NCBI GenBank assembly: GCA_977862235.1
Contig: OZ374562.1
Coordinates: 2,480,001-2,544,000, forward strand
Source of the DNA: Dudresnaya verticillata
Lineage: Eukaryota
Length of the DNA stretch: 64,000 nt
Reading direction: 5' to 3'
The translations under genes were made by a program, and so were the position numbers. Below are positions 23,032 through 37,704 of the stretch, piece after piece. Numbering within the stretch: the stretch's first letter is position 1; the number at the start of each line of letters is the position of its first letter. Below the pieces are notes generated by a model that was not told where the DNA came from, ran no database searches, and worked only from the letters and a program-made list of their open reading frames with translations.

Positions 23032-26000
23032 AAGTGTACAGAGAGATCTCCTTTGCAGCCTACCAAAATGTCAAGGTTTCAGAAGGTACTGTTTGTGAGG
23101 CGGTTGAGAGTGAAGTCATAGAAGGTATGAATTTTGTATCGTCCATGTCTGTCAATGTTGGTAAGTATGTGGGCAGCATAGTGTGAAGATTTTTTGTTGT
23201 ATCTTATCGCTTTTGGTCGTCGCTGTTATAGCTGTGGCTGCGAAGCAAGTGTGATTATGTTGTTATGTTATTGTGGGATCCCAGTTATTGTTGGAGCCAT
23301 CGAAAGTAGTTTAGCAGCACGAGAGGTTGAAGTAAATGTCGCCATGTAGATGCTTCTGTCAATACCCAATTCCATCGGTGTTCATAACAATCGGGCCTGA
23401 GAGCGCACAAATCGGTGCCTTTTTTTCGACGACCAAGTCTAAGGCAGGGAATGGGTGACATTAAACAATTATCTGCAAAAGTAGTTCGTGTCTCTCTAAC
23501 AATGAGTTGGCTTGACTGAACAAAAGGGAACCCCGAAAGCATCTACTCCGTGTCTCCATACTTTGAAGACAACAGAAAGATCTATCCAGGCTTCAGGCTC
23601 CGGGCTGCCCCTCCGGGCTGTAGGAAGAGCCTGGTCATCAGGGAGAATTCAGTAATGTTCTCTATATTTTTCCTCATAGTTCGTTAGTGTTACAGTGCGT
23701 CGCCGTCTCAGTTAACAGGCGTAAGCTTGTTGACCGCCGTGTTAGAAACAGTGCATATTAAGTCCCCTTAAGGGGCTTACTCTCCAATTTGAGAATAAAG
23801 GGATGCTTGCTCATAGCGATGCTGCGGTATAGCAAGGCGTAAAGGAGATTGGCAACATAATTATACTTATTCAACAAATGCATTCATGATCATCACAACT
23901 TTATTGAAGCAAGACGAAGCTGCTTTGAACACTGAAATCCAGTGCTATCCCTTGCAGGAAATATTTCATATGAAAGAAGAGCAGCAGAAGTCCTGCCGCA
24001 TAGCCACATGCATAATAAAACACTCCTAACCCTGCGGCCAACACGCTTACGCCTGCTATTTGTGTTGAATACTGTCTTACTACATCACTCGTGGACGACA
24101 TCACTTGGTGTAATCGCACTAACCTCAGCAAGTGTTTATCCGCCAAGTTGCATAAGTGGACGTGTTGAGAAAGAAAGTGAGCTGTGTAGCGTCAACCAAT
24201 TTTGCGGATGAGGTAAGCAAACATTGAGGTGGATGCTGAATTCATCTTGTGTGATTGTTAATCGTTTTGTTTAGATGTATTACTTGAGGTCTATGGTCTC
24301 CACACTCTATTAGGAACAGACCTGCCTTTAGCATGTCGTGGTTTAGCAATGACTACGAAGCAGTACAAGTACTCTACCGGATCTCGGGTTTGATACCAGG
24401 ACACTACGCTTTGAGAACAACTATCACCATATCCAACACCCACGAAGAAGAAAAAAGAACTGTTCTCAGCCTACATATACGTGTGACCTGCAGCTTTTGA
24501 ACAGAACTGTAACAGCGGGCCTCTACATATAGCAATACAAAGTAAAGGATGGGTCTTAAACGAGAAACTAATATTGCTCTCCAGCTGCCTTAACGCAGTA
24601 CGAAGCATTCTGTCCCCGCGCTGCAATAATCACTTCGATGACATTAATACCACATAAAGCATTGTCGGGGGATGGATTACATCCCTTAAGAGTAGGAAAA
24701 CAACTTATTGAATCCGGAAAGGATAGGGTATCGTCTACAGTCGCAACACTCGTACCTTTACAACCTTTTCTTCCGAGAGTTGAACGTATCGTTACATCAG
24801 GCTAATTCTGTTATTGTGAAATAGAACCAACCCCTTATGAATATGGGCATGTAGCAGACCGGGATAAAGATCTCGCGATATTTGCACCTTCGCGGATTCG
24901 GTCCAAAATGATTTGAAGGCACAGCAATCATAGCAATACTGTATGGACGTTTTCGTTGATGTCCTTCGCAGCGTGGCTTCGCACCAACTGCTCAAGCGTT
25001 TGATGTCTCGGTTGTAACTCCGCACTCTTCCTCTTCTCGTGCTCTGCCTCGAGCCCATCTTGCGATTCAATCTCGTGAAAAGGAAAAAGTCCGCCACTAT
25101 CGTAGGCTCTGCGAAAACAACCATTTCCAGTCGATTTCGAACTACATCCCATGGCTATGGACATCTATGGCTCCATCGGCCATGGCTTTGATCGCGGTGC
25201 GCAACTGTACACAATCTGCTCTCAACACAATCTTGCGAGTATCGCAAGTGATGCTTGCGGGTGTAATGTGTAAGCCCCTCCCTTTTGTGTCATTATGGTC
25301 ATCTTAAAGGGAGAAGCGTTTTATCCGGGTCCGAGTTGCTCACCGCAACAATCACAGCCCGTTTCCCTTTCGTCCGGGCGTCTTCCTGAAGTATGAGAAC
25401 ATGAAACCATGCTGCATACGGACAAATTCTGTGGGTTACAACAGGGTCCGATCCATATAATTGTCGCCTGTGGAGAAAGAAAAAGGGCAAGCAATAAGGA
25501 ATCCTAAAAGCAAAGGTAACACCCCGTGTGCAATAGAATGTATCTAGTAATAGAATACAATTCGACTATCTTGTCCGGTAAGCCCATTGCACTCTAAAGC
25601 AGTTGTGCAGTAGCTAGTGATACTTAACAAAACTTGCTTGGCTGCTATGGACCGAGTATAACTTCACTATAGGTTTTGTGAGGCAATAAGGGTAGCCCCG
25701 TTTTCATCCGTGGAAACGTTTGTCGAGCCCTGACGAGAAGTGCCATCGAATACCTTAATATTTGTCGCTATGCTGCTGTTGTGCTATGCCTTCTCTTTCC
25801 ACAGTACTGCAGTTCACAGTACAGTACCCAAATTCCCAATCCCGACTTTATAGTGCGCTTCATCGGCTCATCGTAGTCGAAGGTTCAAAGCTCCCTCAAC
25901 CACACACGCCGAGTCGGGTTTCTAATCCACACAACAAGAACACATGGTGAATATTCCGCTCCCAACACATTGCCTTGTTGTTCAGTCTTCACGTTTGCAG

Positions 26001-27394
26001 ACAAACCTAATGTAACAGCTACAGACTTGATTTGTTTTTATGTAAGAGGCCGGCAATGTAACAGACAATGCACACTCCACTTTTCATGAAGTGCATACAT
26101 CGAGTGAAACTGTTTACGACCATTACCACACATCCTGGACGTTAGCAATTTTGGCGCTCTGTACGGATTCCTGACCACAAGGCAGGAGCGCATCATAACG
26201 CGCTCTAGCGTTCTAGTATGGATCTAGCCGTTCAGCAGATCTAGCGCTGTCTCCGATGGCGCGGAAGACATAAGAGATTTCTCCGAGACACTACTGTATA
26301 TTGAGTTTCCGAAGCGCATTCGAGAAAGGCCTTGCTGGGAACGGCGGCCGCATCGCGATGGTGCTGTGCTACGTATTTCGTTCCATGGCTATGCTTTTCT
26401 TCCGTCGTGGAGATAGCGTGGCTTACTTGTGACCTTGACTTTGAGTAGTTAACAGCTGGTGCATACAACACTTGAATGCAATGAGGGTATCGCCATGCAA
26501 TGGTGCTAATTCAATTGCCAGTGTAGCAAACGGAAGCACACGCTTCACGGTCGCACTACACGAACGGCTGAGAACCGCGAACAACAGAGGTAGTGTTCAG
26601 ACACTCCAGACCCTCCATTCGCACTATGACGGCTGCTTCCATAACGGCATGTCACATTGTCTACATATTGAATGCGGTTGTGTGCCCTGTTGCGAAGATT
26701 CGAGTCCGCTTCCGCACTGCAGTTGTTCCATCCATCCAGAACCTATATTTTATGTTAGCTATCTGTTATCCACATACTCAGCCCCAGACCCCAAACAGTA
26801 TACCTCTATGTTGACAATACCTAGAGTCTGTAGTATAGCTATGCTTCTAGCTCTATACATAGAGTGTGCATGCCACGGAACTCGAACCGCTTTGTTAAAT
26901 ATTCTACGCTACAGCAGTAGCACTGAAACGGTTTCCGACCTCTTATTCTGCCGAACAAGGTCGAGACTACTTTGCCCGCACACATGCGCAGTTGCAACAG
27001 TTTCAACACCTATCTTTTAATGCAATGCCAACATGGTGTTAGACAAAGCGTTCTGCATCGAATGCGTCCTTCTGCATCTACAGGATGCAATCCTGCAAGC
27101 CGACGCTGCGAACTTTACCATCTACACATCCTTCAACTTTATTTTTCCAGTCATGACCGGCCGCAGTTCTCTCACGCAGTTCTCTCACACCGAATTGGTA
27201 GAACAAAGTTCCTTCCGTTCCGTACTTAAAGCCCTTAACGTCTCAATCGCAGTCCAAAATATTCCCACCCACCACACCCCCATCGCATCACATCTACCTG
27301 TTATTACAGGTACAAACGTAGTCAAAAGAACTGCACAGGTAGGTACCCTGCCCCTTCATCAACTCTCCGTCGCCTACCAACTCAACAGCTCAAT

Positions 27395-27922
27395 ATGTTT
27401 ACTCGATTTGTCCTTTTTGTGGCACTCGTGCTCCCGTATTTATGCTCTGCTGTCAGGTGCCCTCTCCGTGGTGTCTGTGTGCCGGATTATATTTGCCGTA
27501 TCCAAGGCCGTCGGCCCTTGCACGGGAATTATTGTGGGCATCAGAGAGGCGTTGAATGCTGCCCCTACTTCAGGTACCGGTTTTGCTCTGTCGATCGAGG
27601 GCGTTTTCTCGACCGTGCACAAGGGGTTTGCCAACCTAGCTCTACATGCCGCGGAAAAGGTGCATACTCCGTCGAGACGTCACAATGCAGTTCTGGTCAC
27701 TTTATTACATGCTGTGTTGGCTCCTCCATACTGCCATATCTACCTGGCCCTTCCAGTGATCCACGGTATCCATACAGAAAGGCTGTTTCTGCGACTCGTA
27801 CAGGGACGTCCAAGGGGTCAGTGAGAGCACTTACTACGGCCGCCACGGAGACCACCACGAAGACTTTGGAAGACACCTCTGTGGGATTGGAAAGGCGTAC
27901 CAAGGATACCATCCAGCACTAG
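27395..27922 (+). CDS. Secreted double 6-Cys-module protein, copy 6
   Basis: Translation identical to copy 1. Confidence 0.85.
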   Translation: MFTRFVLFVALVLPYLCSAVRCPLRGVCVPDYICRIQGRRPLHGNYCGHQRGVECCPYFRYRFCSVDRGRFLDRAQGVCQPSSTCRGKGAYSVETSQCSSGHFITCCVGSSILPYLPGPSSDPRYPYRKAVSATRTGTSKGSVRALTTAATETTTKTLEDTSVGLERRTKDTIQH

Positions 27923-30900
27923 AAGTGTACAGAGAGATCTCCTTTGCAGCCTACCAAAATGTCAAGGTTTCAGAAGGTACTGTTTGTGAGGCGGTTGAGA
28001 GTGAAGTCATAGAAGGTATGAATTTTGTATCGTCCATGTCTGTCAATGTTGGTAAGTATGTGGGCAGCATAGTGTGAAGATTTTTTGTTGTATCTTATCG
28101 CTTTTGGTCGTCGCTGTTATAGCTGTGGCTGCGAAGCAAGTGTGATTATGTTGTTATGTTATTGTGGGATCCCAGTTATTGTTGGAGCCATCGAAAGTAG
28201 TTTAGCAGCACGAGAGGTTGAAGTAAATGTCGCCATGTAGATGCTTCTGTCAATACCCAATTCCATCGGTGTTCATAACAATCGGGCCTGAGAGCGCACA
28301 AATCGGTGCCTTTTTTTCGACGACCAAGTCTAAGGCAGGGAATGGGTGACATTAAACAATTATCTGCAAAAGTAGTTCGTGTCTCTCTAACAATGAGTTG
28401 GCTTGACTGAACAAAAGGGAACCCCGAAAGCATCTACTCCGTGTCTCCATACTTTGAAGACAACAGAAAGATCTATCCAGGCTTCAGGCTCCGGGCTGCC
28501 CCTCCGGGCTGTAGGAAGAGCCTGGTCATCAGGGAGAATTCAGTAATGTTCTCTATATTTTTCCTCATAGTTCGTTAGTGTTACAGTGCGTCGCCGTCTC
28601 AGTTAACAGGCGTAAGCTTGTTGACCGCCGTGTTAGAAACAGTGCATATTAAGTCCCCTTAAGGGGCTTACTCTCCAATTTGAGAATAAAGGGATGCTTG
28701 CTCATAGCGATGCTGCGGTATAGCAAGGCGTAAAGGAGATTGGCAACATAATTATACTTATTCAACAAATGCATTCATGATCATCACAACTTTATTGAAG
28801 CAAGACGAAGCTGCTTTGAACACTGAAATCCAGTGCTATCCCTTGCAGGAAATATTTCATATGAAAGAAGAGCAGCAGAAGTCCTGCCGCATAGCCACAT
28901 GCATAATAAAACACTCCTAACCCTGCGGCCAACACGCTTACGCCTGCTATTTGTGTTGAATACTGTCTTACTACATCACTCGTGGACGACATCACTTGGT
29001 GTAATCGCACTAACCTCAGCAAGTGTTTATCCGCCAAGTTGCATAAGTGGACGTGTTGAGAAAGAAAGTGAGCTGTGTAGCGTCAACCAATTTTGCGGAT
29101 GAGGTAAGCAAACATTGAGGTGGATGCTGAATTCATCTTGTGTGATTGTTAATCGTTTTGTTTAGATGTATTACTTGAGGTCTATGGTCTCCACACTCTA
29201 TTAGGAACAGACCTGCCTTTAGCATGTCGTGGTTTAGCAATGACTACGAAGCAGTACAAGTACTCTACCGGATCTCGGGTTTGATACCAGGACACTACGC
29301 TTTGAGAACAACTATCACCATATCCAACACCCACGAAGAAGAAAAAAGAACTGTTCTCAGCCTACATATACGTGTGACCTGCAGCTTTTGAACAGAACTG
29401 TAACAGCGGGCCTCTACATATAGCAATACAAAGTAAAGGATGGGTCTTAAACGAGAAACTAATATTGCTCTCCAGCTGCCTTAACGCAGTACGAAGCATT
29501 CTGTCCCCGCGCTGCAATAATCACTTCGATGACATTAATACCACATAAAGCATTGTCGGGGGATGGATTACATCCCTTAAGAGTAGGAAAACAACTTATT
29601 GAATCCGGAAAGGATAGGGTATCGTCTACAGTCGCAACACTCGTACCTTTACAACCTTTTCTTCCGAGAGTTGAACGTATCGTTACATCAGGCTAATTCT
29701 GTTATTGTGAAATAGAACCAACCCCTTATGAATATGGGCATGTAGCAGACCGGGATAAAGATCTCGCGATATTTGCACCTTCGCGGATTCGGTCCAAAAT
29801 GATTTGAAGGCACAGCAATCATAGCAATACTGTATGGACGTTTTCGTTGATGTCCTTCGCAGCGTGGCTTCGCACCAACTGCTCAAGCGTTTGATGTCTC
29901 GGTTGTAACTCCGCACTCTTCCTCTTCTCGTGCTCTGCCTCGAGCCCATCTTGCGATTCAATCTCGTGAAAAGGAAAAAGTCCGCCACTATCGTAGGCTC
30001 TGCGAAAACAACCATTTCCAGTCGATTTCGAACTACATCCCATGGCTATGGACATCTATGGCTCCATCGGCCATGGCTTTGATCGCGGTGCGCAACTGTA
30101 CACAATCTGCTCTCAACACAATCTTGCGAGTATCGCAAGTGATGCTTGCGGGTGTAATGTGTAAGCCCCTCCCTTTTGTGTCATTATGGTCATCTTAAAG
30201 GGAGAAGCGTTTTATCCGGGTCCGAGTTGCTCACCGCAACAATCACAGCCCGTTTCCCTTTCGTCCGGGCGTCTTCCTGAAGTATGAGAACATGAAACCA
30301 TGCTGCATACGGACAAATTCTGTGGGTTACAACAGGGTCCGATCCATATAATTGTCGCCTGTGGAGAAAGAAAAAGGGCAAGCAATAAGGAATCCTAAAA
30401 GCAAAGGTAACACCCCGTGTGCAATAGAATGTATCTAGTAATAGAATACAATTCGACTATCTTGTCCGGTAAGCCCATTGCACTCTAAAGCAGTTGTGCA
30501 GTAGCTAGTGATACTTAACAAAACTTGCTTGGCTGCTATGGACCGAGTATAACTTCACTATAGGTTTTGTGAGGCAATAAGGGTAGCCCCGTTTTCATCC
30601 GTGGAAACGTTTGTCGAGCCCTGACGAGAAGTGCCATCGAATACCTTAATATTTGTCGCTATGCTGCTGTTGTGCTATGCCTTCTCTTTCCACAGTACTG
30701 CAGTTCACAGTACAGTACCCAAATTCCCAATCCCGACTTTATAGTGCGCTTCATCGGCTCATCGTAGTCGAAGGTTCAAAGCTCCCTCAACCACACACGC
30801 CGAGTCGGGTTTCTAATCCACACAACAAGAACACATGGTGAATATTCCGCTCCCAACACATTGCCTTGTTGTTCAGTCTTCACGTTTGCAGACAAACCTA

Positions 30901-32285
30901 ATGTAACAGCTACAGACTTGATTTGTTTTTATGTAAGAGGCCGGCAATGTAACAGACAATGCACACTCCACTTTTCATGAAGTGCATACATCGAGTGAAA
31001 CTGTTTACGACCATTACCACACATCCTGGACGTTAGCAATTTTGGCGCTCTGTACGGATTCCTGACCACAAGGCAGGAGCGCATCATAACGCGCTCTAGC
31101 GTTCTAGTATGGATCTAGCCGTTCAGCAGATCTAGCGCTGTCTCCGATGGCGCGGAAGACATAAGAGATTTCTCCGAGACACTACTGTATATTGAGTTTC
31201 CGAAGCGCATTCGAGAAAGGCCTTGCTGGGAACGGCGGCCGCATCGCGATGGTGCTGTGCTACGTATTTCGTTCCATGGCTATGCTTTTCTTCCGTCGTG
31301 GAGATAGCGTGGCTTACTTGTGACCTTGACTTTGAGTAGTTAACAGCTGGTGCATACAACACTTGAATGCAATGAGGGTATCGCCATGCAATGGTGCTAA
31401 TTCAATTGCCAGTGTAGCAAACGGAAGCACACGCTTCACGGTCGCACTACACGAACGGCTGAGAACCGCGAACAACAGAGGTAGTGTTCAGACACTCCAG
31501 ACCCTCCATTCGCACTATGACGGCTGCTTCCATAACGGCATGTCACATTGTCTACATATTGAATGCGGTTGTGTGCCCTGTTGCGAAGATTCGAGTCCGC
31601 TTCCGCACTGCAGTTGTTCCATCCATCCAGAACCTATATTTTATGTTAGCTATCTGTTATCCACATACTCAGCCCCAGACCCCAAACAGTATACCTCTAT
31701 GTTGACAATACCTAGAGTCTGTAGTATAGCTATGCTTCTAGCTCTATACATAGAGTGTGCATGCCACGGAACTCGAACCGCTTTGTTAAATATTCTACGC
31801 TACAGCAGTAGCACTGAAACGGTTTCCGACCTCTTATTCTGCCGAACAAGGTCGAGACTACTTTGCCCGCACACATGCGCAGTTGCAACAGTTTCAACAC
31901 CTATCTTTTAATGCAATGCCAACATGGTGTTAGACAAAGCGTTCTGCATCGAATGCGTCCTTCTGCATCTACAGGATGCAATCCTGCAAGCCGACGCTGC
32001 GAACTTTACCATCTACACATCCTTCAACTTTATTTTTCCAGTCATGACCGGCCGCAGTTCTCTCACGCAGTTCTCTCACACCGAATTGGTAGAACAAAGT
32101 TCCTTCCGTTCCGTACTTAAAGCCCTTAACGTCTCAATCGCAGTCCAAAATATTCCCACCCACCACACCCCCATCGCATCACATCTACCTGTTATTACAG
32201 GTACAAACGTAGTCAAAAGAACTGCACAGGTAGGTACCCTGCCCCTTCATCAACTCTCCGTCGCCTACCAACTCAACAGCTCAAT

Positions 32286-32813
32286 ATGTTTACTCGATTT
32301 GTCCTTTTTGTGGCACTCGTGCTCCCGTATTTATGCTCTGCTGTCAGGTGCCCTCTCCGTGGTGTCTGTGTGCCGGATTATATTTGCCGTATCCAAGGCC
32401 GTCGGCCCTTGCACGGGAATTATTGTGGGCATCAGAGAGGCGTTGAATGCTGCCCCTACTTCAGGTACCGGTTTTGCTCTGTCGATCGAGGGCGTTTTCT
32501 CGACCGTGCACAAGGGGTTTGCCAACCTAGCTCTACATGCCGCGGAAAAGGTGCATACTCCGTCGAGACGTCACAATGCAGTTCTGGTCACTTTATTACA
32601 TGCTGTGTTGGCTCCTCCATACTGCCATATCTACCTGGCCCTTCCAGTGATCCACGGTATCCATACAGAAAGGCTGTTTCTGCGACTCGTACAGGGACGT
32701 CCAAGGGGTCAGTGAGAGCACTTACTACGGCCGCCACGGAGACCACCACGAAGACTTTGGAAGACACCTCTGTGGGATTGGAAAGGCGTACCAAGGATAC
32801 CATCCAGCACTAG
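32286..32813 (+). CDS. Secreted double 6-Cys-module protein, copy 7
   Basis: Translation identical to copy 1. Confidence 0.85.
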   Translation: MFTRFVLFVALVLPYLCSAVRCPLRGVCVPDYICRIQGRRPLHGNYCGHQRGVECCPYFRYRFCSVDRGRFLDRAQGVCQPSSTCRGKGAYSVETSQCSSGHFITCCVGSSILPYLPGPSSDPRYPYRKAVSATRTGTSKGSVRALTTAATETTTKTLEDTSVGLERRTKDTIQH

Positions 32814-35800
32814 AAGTGTACAGAGAGATCTCCTTTGCAGCCTACCAAAATGTCAAGGTTTCAGAAGGTACTGTTTGTGAGGCGGTTGAGAGTGAAGTCA
32901 TAGAAGGTATGAATTTTGTATCGTCCATGTCTGTCAATGTTGGTAAGTATGTGGGCAGCATAGTGTGAAGATTTTTTGTTGTATCTTATCGCTTTTGGTC
33001 GTCGCTGTTATAGCTGTGGCTGCGAAGCAAGTGTGATTATGTTGTTATGTTATTGTGGGATCCCAGTTATTGTTGGAGCCATCGAAAGTAGTTTAGCAGC
33101 ACGAGAGGTTGAAGTAAATGTCGCCATGTAGATGCTTCTGTCAATACCCAATTCCATCGGTGTTCATAACAATCGGGCCTGAGAGCGCACAAATCGGTGC
33201 CTTTTTTTCGACGACCAAGTCTAAGGCAGGGAATGGGTGACATTAAACAATTATCTGCAAAAGTAGTTCGTGTCTCTCTAACAATGAGTTGGCTTGACTG
33301 AACAAAAGGGAACCCCGAAAGCATCTACTCCGTGTCTCCATACTTTGAAGACAACAGAAAGATCTATCCAGGCTTCAGGCTCCGGGCTGCCCCTCCGGGC
33401 TGTAGGAAGAGCCTGGTCATCAGGGAGAATTCAGTAATGTTCTCTATATTTTTCCTCATAGTTCGTTAGTGTTACAGTGCGTCGCCGTCTCAGTTAACAG
33501 GCGTAAGCTTGTTGACCGCCGTGTTAGAAACAGTGCATATTAAGTCCCCTTAAGGGGCTTACTCTCCAATTTGAGAATAAAGGGATGCTTGCTCATAGCG
33601 ATGCTGCGGTATAGCAAGGCGTAAAGGAGATTGGCAACATAATTATACTTATTCAACAAATGCATTCATGATCATCACAACTTTATTGAAGCAAGACGAA
33701 GCTGCTTTGAACACTGAAATCCAGTGCTATCCCTTGCAGGAAATATTTCATATGAAAGAAGAGCAGCAGAAGTCCTGCCGCATAGCCACATGCATAATAA
33801 AACACTCCTAACCCTGCGGCCAACACGCTTACGCCTGCTATTTGTGTTGAATACTGCCTTACTACATCACTCGTGGACGACATCACTTGGTGTAATCGCA
33901 CTAACCTCAGCAAGTGTTTATCCGCCAAGTTGCATAAGTGGACGTGTTGAGAAAGAAAGTGAGCTGTGTAGCGTCAACCAATTTTGCGGATGAGGTAAGC
34001 AAACATTGAGGTGGATGCTGAATTCATCTTGTGTGATTGTTAATCGTTTTGTTTAGATGTATTACTTGAGGTCTATGGTCTCCACACTCTATTAGGAACA
34101 GACCTGCCTTTAGCATGTCGTGGTTTAGCAATGACTACGAAGCAGTACAAGTACTCTACCGGATCTCGGGTTTGATACCAGGACACTACGCTTTGAGAAC
34201 AACTATCACCATATCCAACACCCACGAAGAAGAAAAAAGAACTGTTCTCAGCCTACATATACGTGTGACCTGCAGCTTTTGAACAGAACTGTAACAGCGG
34301 GCCTCTACATATAGCAATACAAAGTAAAGGATGGGTCTTAAACGAGAAACTAATATTGCTCTCCAGCTGCCTTAACGCAGTACGAAGCATTCTGTCCCCG
34401 CGCTGCAATAATCACTTCGATGACATTAATACCACATAAAGCATTGTCGGGGGATGGATTACATCCCTTAAGAGTAGGAAAACAACTTATTGAATCCGGA
34501 AAGGATAGGGTATCGTCTACAGTCGCAACACTCGTACCTTTACAACCTTTTCTTCCGAGAGTTGAACGTATCGTTACATCAGGCTAATTCTGTTATTGTG
34601 AAATAGAACCAACCCCTTATGAATATGGGCATGTAGCAGACCGGGATAAAGATCTCGCGATATTTGCACCTTCGCGGATTCGGTCCAAAATGATTTGAAG
34701 GCACAGCAATCATAGCAATACTGTATGGACGTTTTCGTTGATGTCCTTCGCAGCGTGGCTTCGCACCAACTGCTCAAGCGTTTGATGTCTCGGTTGTAAC
34801 TCCGCACTCTTCCTCTTCTCGTGCTCTGCCTCGAGCCCATCTTGCGATTCAATCTCGTGAAAAGGAAAAAGTCCGCCACTATCGTAGGCTCTGCGAAAAC
34901 AACCATTTCCAGTCGATTTCGAACTACATCCCATGGCTATGGACATCTATGGCTCCATCGGCCATGGCTTTGATCGCGGTGCGCAACTGTACACAATCTG
35001 CTCTCAACACAATCTTGCGAGTATCGCAAGTGATGCTTGCGGGTGTAATGTGTAAGCCCCTCCCTTTTGTGTCATTATGGTCATCTTAAAGGGAGAAGCG
35101 TTTTATCCGGGTCCGAGTTGCTCACCGCAACAATCACAGCCCGTTTCCCTTTCGTCCGGGCGTCTTCCTGAAGTATGAGAACATGAAACCATGCTGCATA
35201 CGGACAAATTCTGTGGGTTACAACAGGGTCCGATCCATATAATTGTCGCCTGTGGAGAAAGAAAAAGGGCAAGCAATAAGGAATCCTAAAAGCAAAGGTA
35301 ACACCCCGTGTGCAATAGAATGTATCTAGTAATAGAATACAATTCGACTATCTTGTCCGGTAAGCCCATTGCACTCTAAAGCAGTTGTGCAGTAGCTAGT
35401 GATACTTAACAAAACTTGCTTGGCTGCTATGGACCGAGTATAACTTCACTATAGGTTTTGTGAGGCAATAAGGGTAGCCCCGTTTTCATCCGTGGAAACG
35501 TTTGTCGAGCCCTGACGAGAAGTGCCATCGAATACCTTAATATTTGTCGCTATGCTGCTGTTGTGCTATGCCTTCTCTTTCCACAGTACTGCAGTTCACA
35601 GTACAGTACCCAAATTCCCAATCCCGACTTTATAGTGCGCTTCATCGGCTCATCGTAGTCGAAGGTTCAAAGCTCCCTCAACCACACACGCCGAGTCGGG
35701 TTTCTAATCCACACAACAAGAACACATGGTGAATATTCCGCTCCCAACACATTGCCTTGTTGTTCAGTCTTCACGTTTGCAGACAAACCTAATGTAACAG

Positions 35801-37176
35801 CTACAGACTTGATTTGTTTTTATGTAAGAGGCCGGCAATGTAACAGACAATGCACACTCCACTTTTCATGAAGTGCATACATCGAGTGAAACTGTTTACG
35901 ACCATTACCACACATCCTGGACGTTAGCAATTTTGGCGCTCTGTACGGATTCCTGACCACAAGGCAGGAGCGCATCATAACGCGCTCTAGCGTTCTAGTA
36001 TGGATCTAGCCGTTCAGCAGATCTAGCGCTGTCTCCGATGGCGCGGAAGACATAAGAGATTTCTCCGAGACACTACTGTATATTGAGTTTCCGAAGCGCA
36101 TTCGAGAAAGGCCTTGCTGGGAACGGCGGCCGCATCGCGATGGTGCTGTGCTACGTATTTCGTTCCATGGCTATGCTTTTCTTCCGTCGTGGAGATAGCG
36201 TGGCTTACTTGTGACCTTGACTTTGAGTAGTTAACAGCTGGTGCATACAACACTTGAATGCAATGAGGGTATCGCCATGCAATGGTGCTAATTCAATTGC
36301 CAGTGTAGCAAACGGAAGCACACGCTTCACGGTCGCACTACACGAACGGCTGAGAACCGCGAACAACAGAGGTAGTGTTCAGACACTCCAGACCCTCCAT
36401 TCGCACTATGACGGCTGCTTCCATAACGGCATGTCACATTGTCTACATATTGAATGCGGTTGTGTGCCCTGTTGCGAAGATTCGAGTCCGCTTCCGCACT
36501 GCAGTTGTTCCATCCATCCAGAACCTATATTTTATGTTAGCTATCTGTTATCCACATACTCAGCCCCAGACCCCAAACAGTATACCTCTATGTTGACAAT
36601 ACCTAGAGTCTGTAGTATAGCTATGCTTCTAGCTCTATACATAGAGTGTGCATGCCACGGAACTCGAACCGCTTTGTTAAATATTCTACGCTACAGCAGT
36701 AGCACTGAAACGGTTTCCGACCTCTTATTCTGCCGAACAAGGTCGAGACTACTTTGCCCGCACACATGCGCAGTTGCAACAGTTTCAACACCTATCTTTT
36801 AATGCAATGCCAACATGGTGTTAGACAAAGCGTTCTGCATCGAATGCGTCCTTCTGCATCTACAGGATGCAATCCTGCAAGCCGACGCTGCGAACTTTAC
36901 CATCTACACATCCTTCAACTTTATTTTTCCAGTCATGACCGGCCGCAGTTCTCTCACGCAGTTCTCTCACACCGAATTGGTAGAACAAAGTTCCTTCCGT
37001 TCCGTACTTAAAGCCCTTAACGTCTCAATCGCAGTCCAAAATATTCCCACCCACCACACCCCCATCGCATCACATCTACCTGTTATTACAGGTACAAACG
37101 TAGTCAAAAGAACTGCACAGGTAGGTACCCTGCCCCTTCATCAACTCTCCGTCGCCTACCAACTCAACAGCTCAAT

Positions 37177-37704
37177 ATGTTTACTCGATTTGTCCTTTTT
37201 GTGGCACTCGTGCTCCCGTATTTATGCTCTGCTGTCAGGTGCCCTCTCCGTGGTGTCTGTGTGCCGGATTATATTTGCCGTATCCAAGGCCGTCGGCCCT
37301 TGCACGGGAATTATTGTGGGCATCAGAGAGGCGTTGAATGCTGCCCCTACTTCAGGTACCGGTTTTGCTCTGTCGATCGAGGGCGTTTTCTCGACCGTGC
37401 ACAAGGGGTTTGCCAACCTAGCTCTACATGCCGCGGAAAAGGTGCATACTCCGTCGAGACGTCACAATGCAGTTCTGGTCACTTTATTACATGCTGTGTT
37501 GGCTCCTCCATACTGCCATATCTACCTGGCCCTTCCAGTGATCCACGGTATCCATACAGAAAGGCTGTTTCTGCGACTCGTACAGGGACGTCCAAGGGGT
37601 CAGTGAGAGCACTTACTACGGCCGCCACGGAGACCACCACGAAGACTTTGGAAGACACCTCTGTGGGATTGGAAAGGCGTACCAAGGATACCATCCAGCA
37701 CTAG
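37177..37704 (+). CDS. Secreted double 6-Cys-module protein, copy 8
   Basis: Translation identical to copy 1. Confidence 0.85.
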   Translation: MFTRFVLFVALVLPYLCSAVRCPLRGVCVPDYICRIQGRRPLHGNYCGHQRGVECCPYFRYRFCSVDRGRFLDRAQGVCQPSSTCRGKGAYSVETSQCSSGHFITCCVGSSILPYLPGPSSDPRYPYRKAVSATRTGTSKGSVRALTTAATETTTKTLEDTSVGLERRTKDTIQH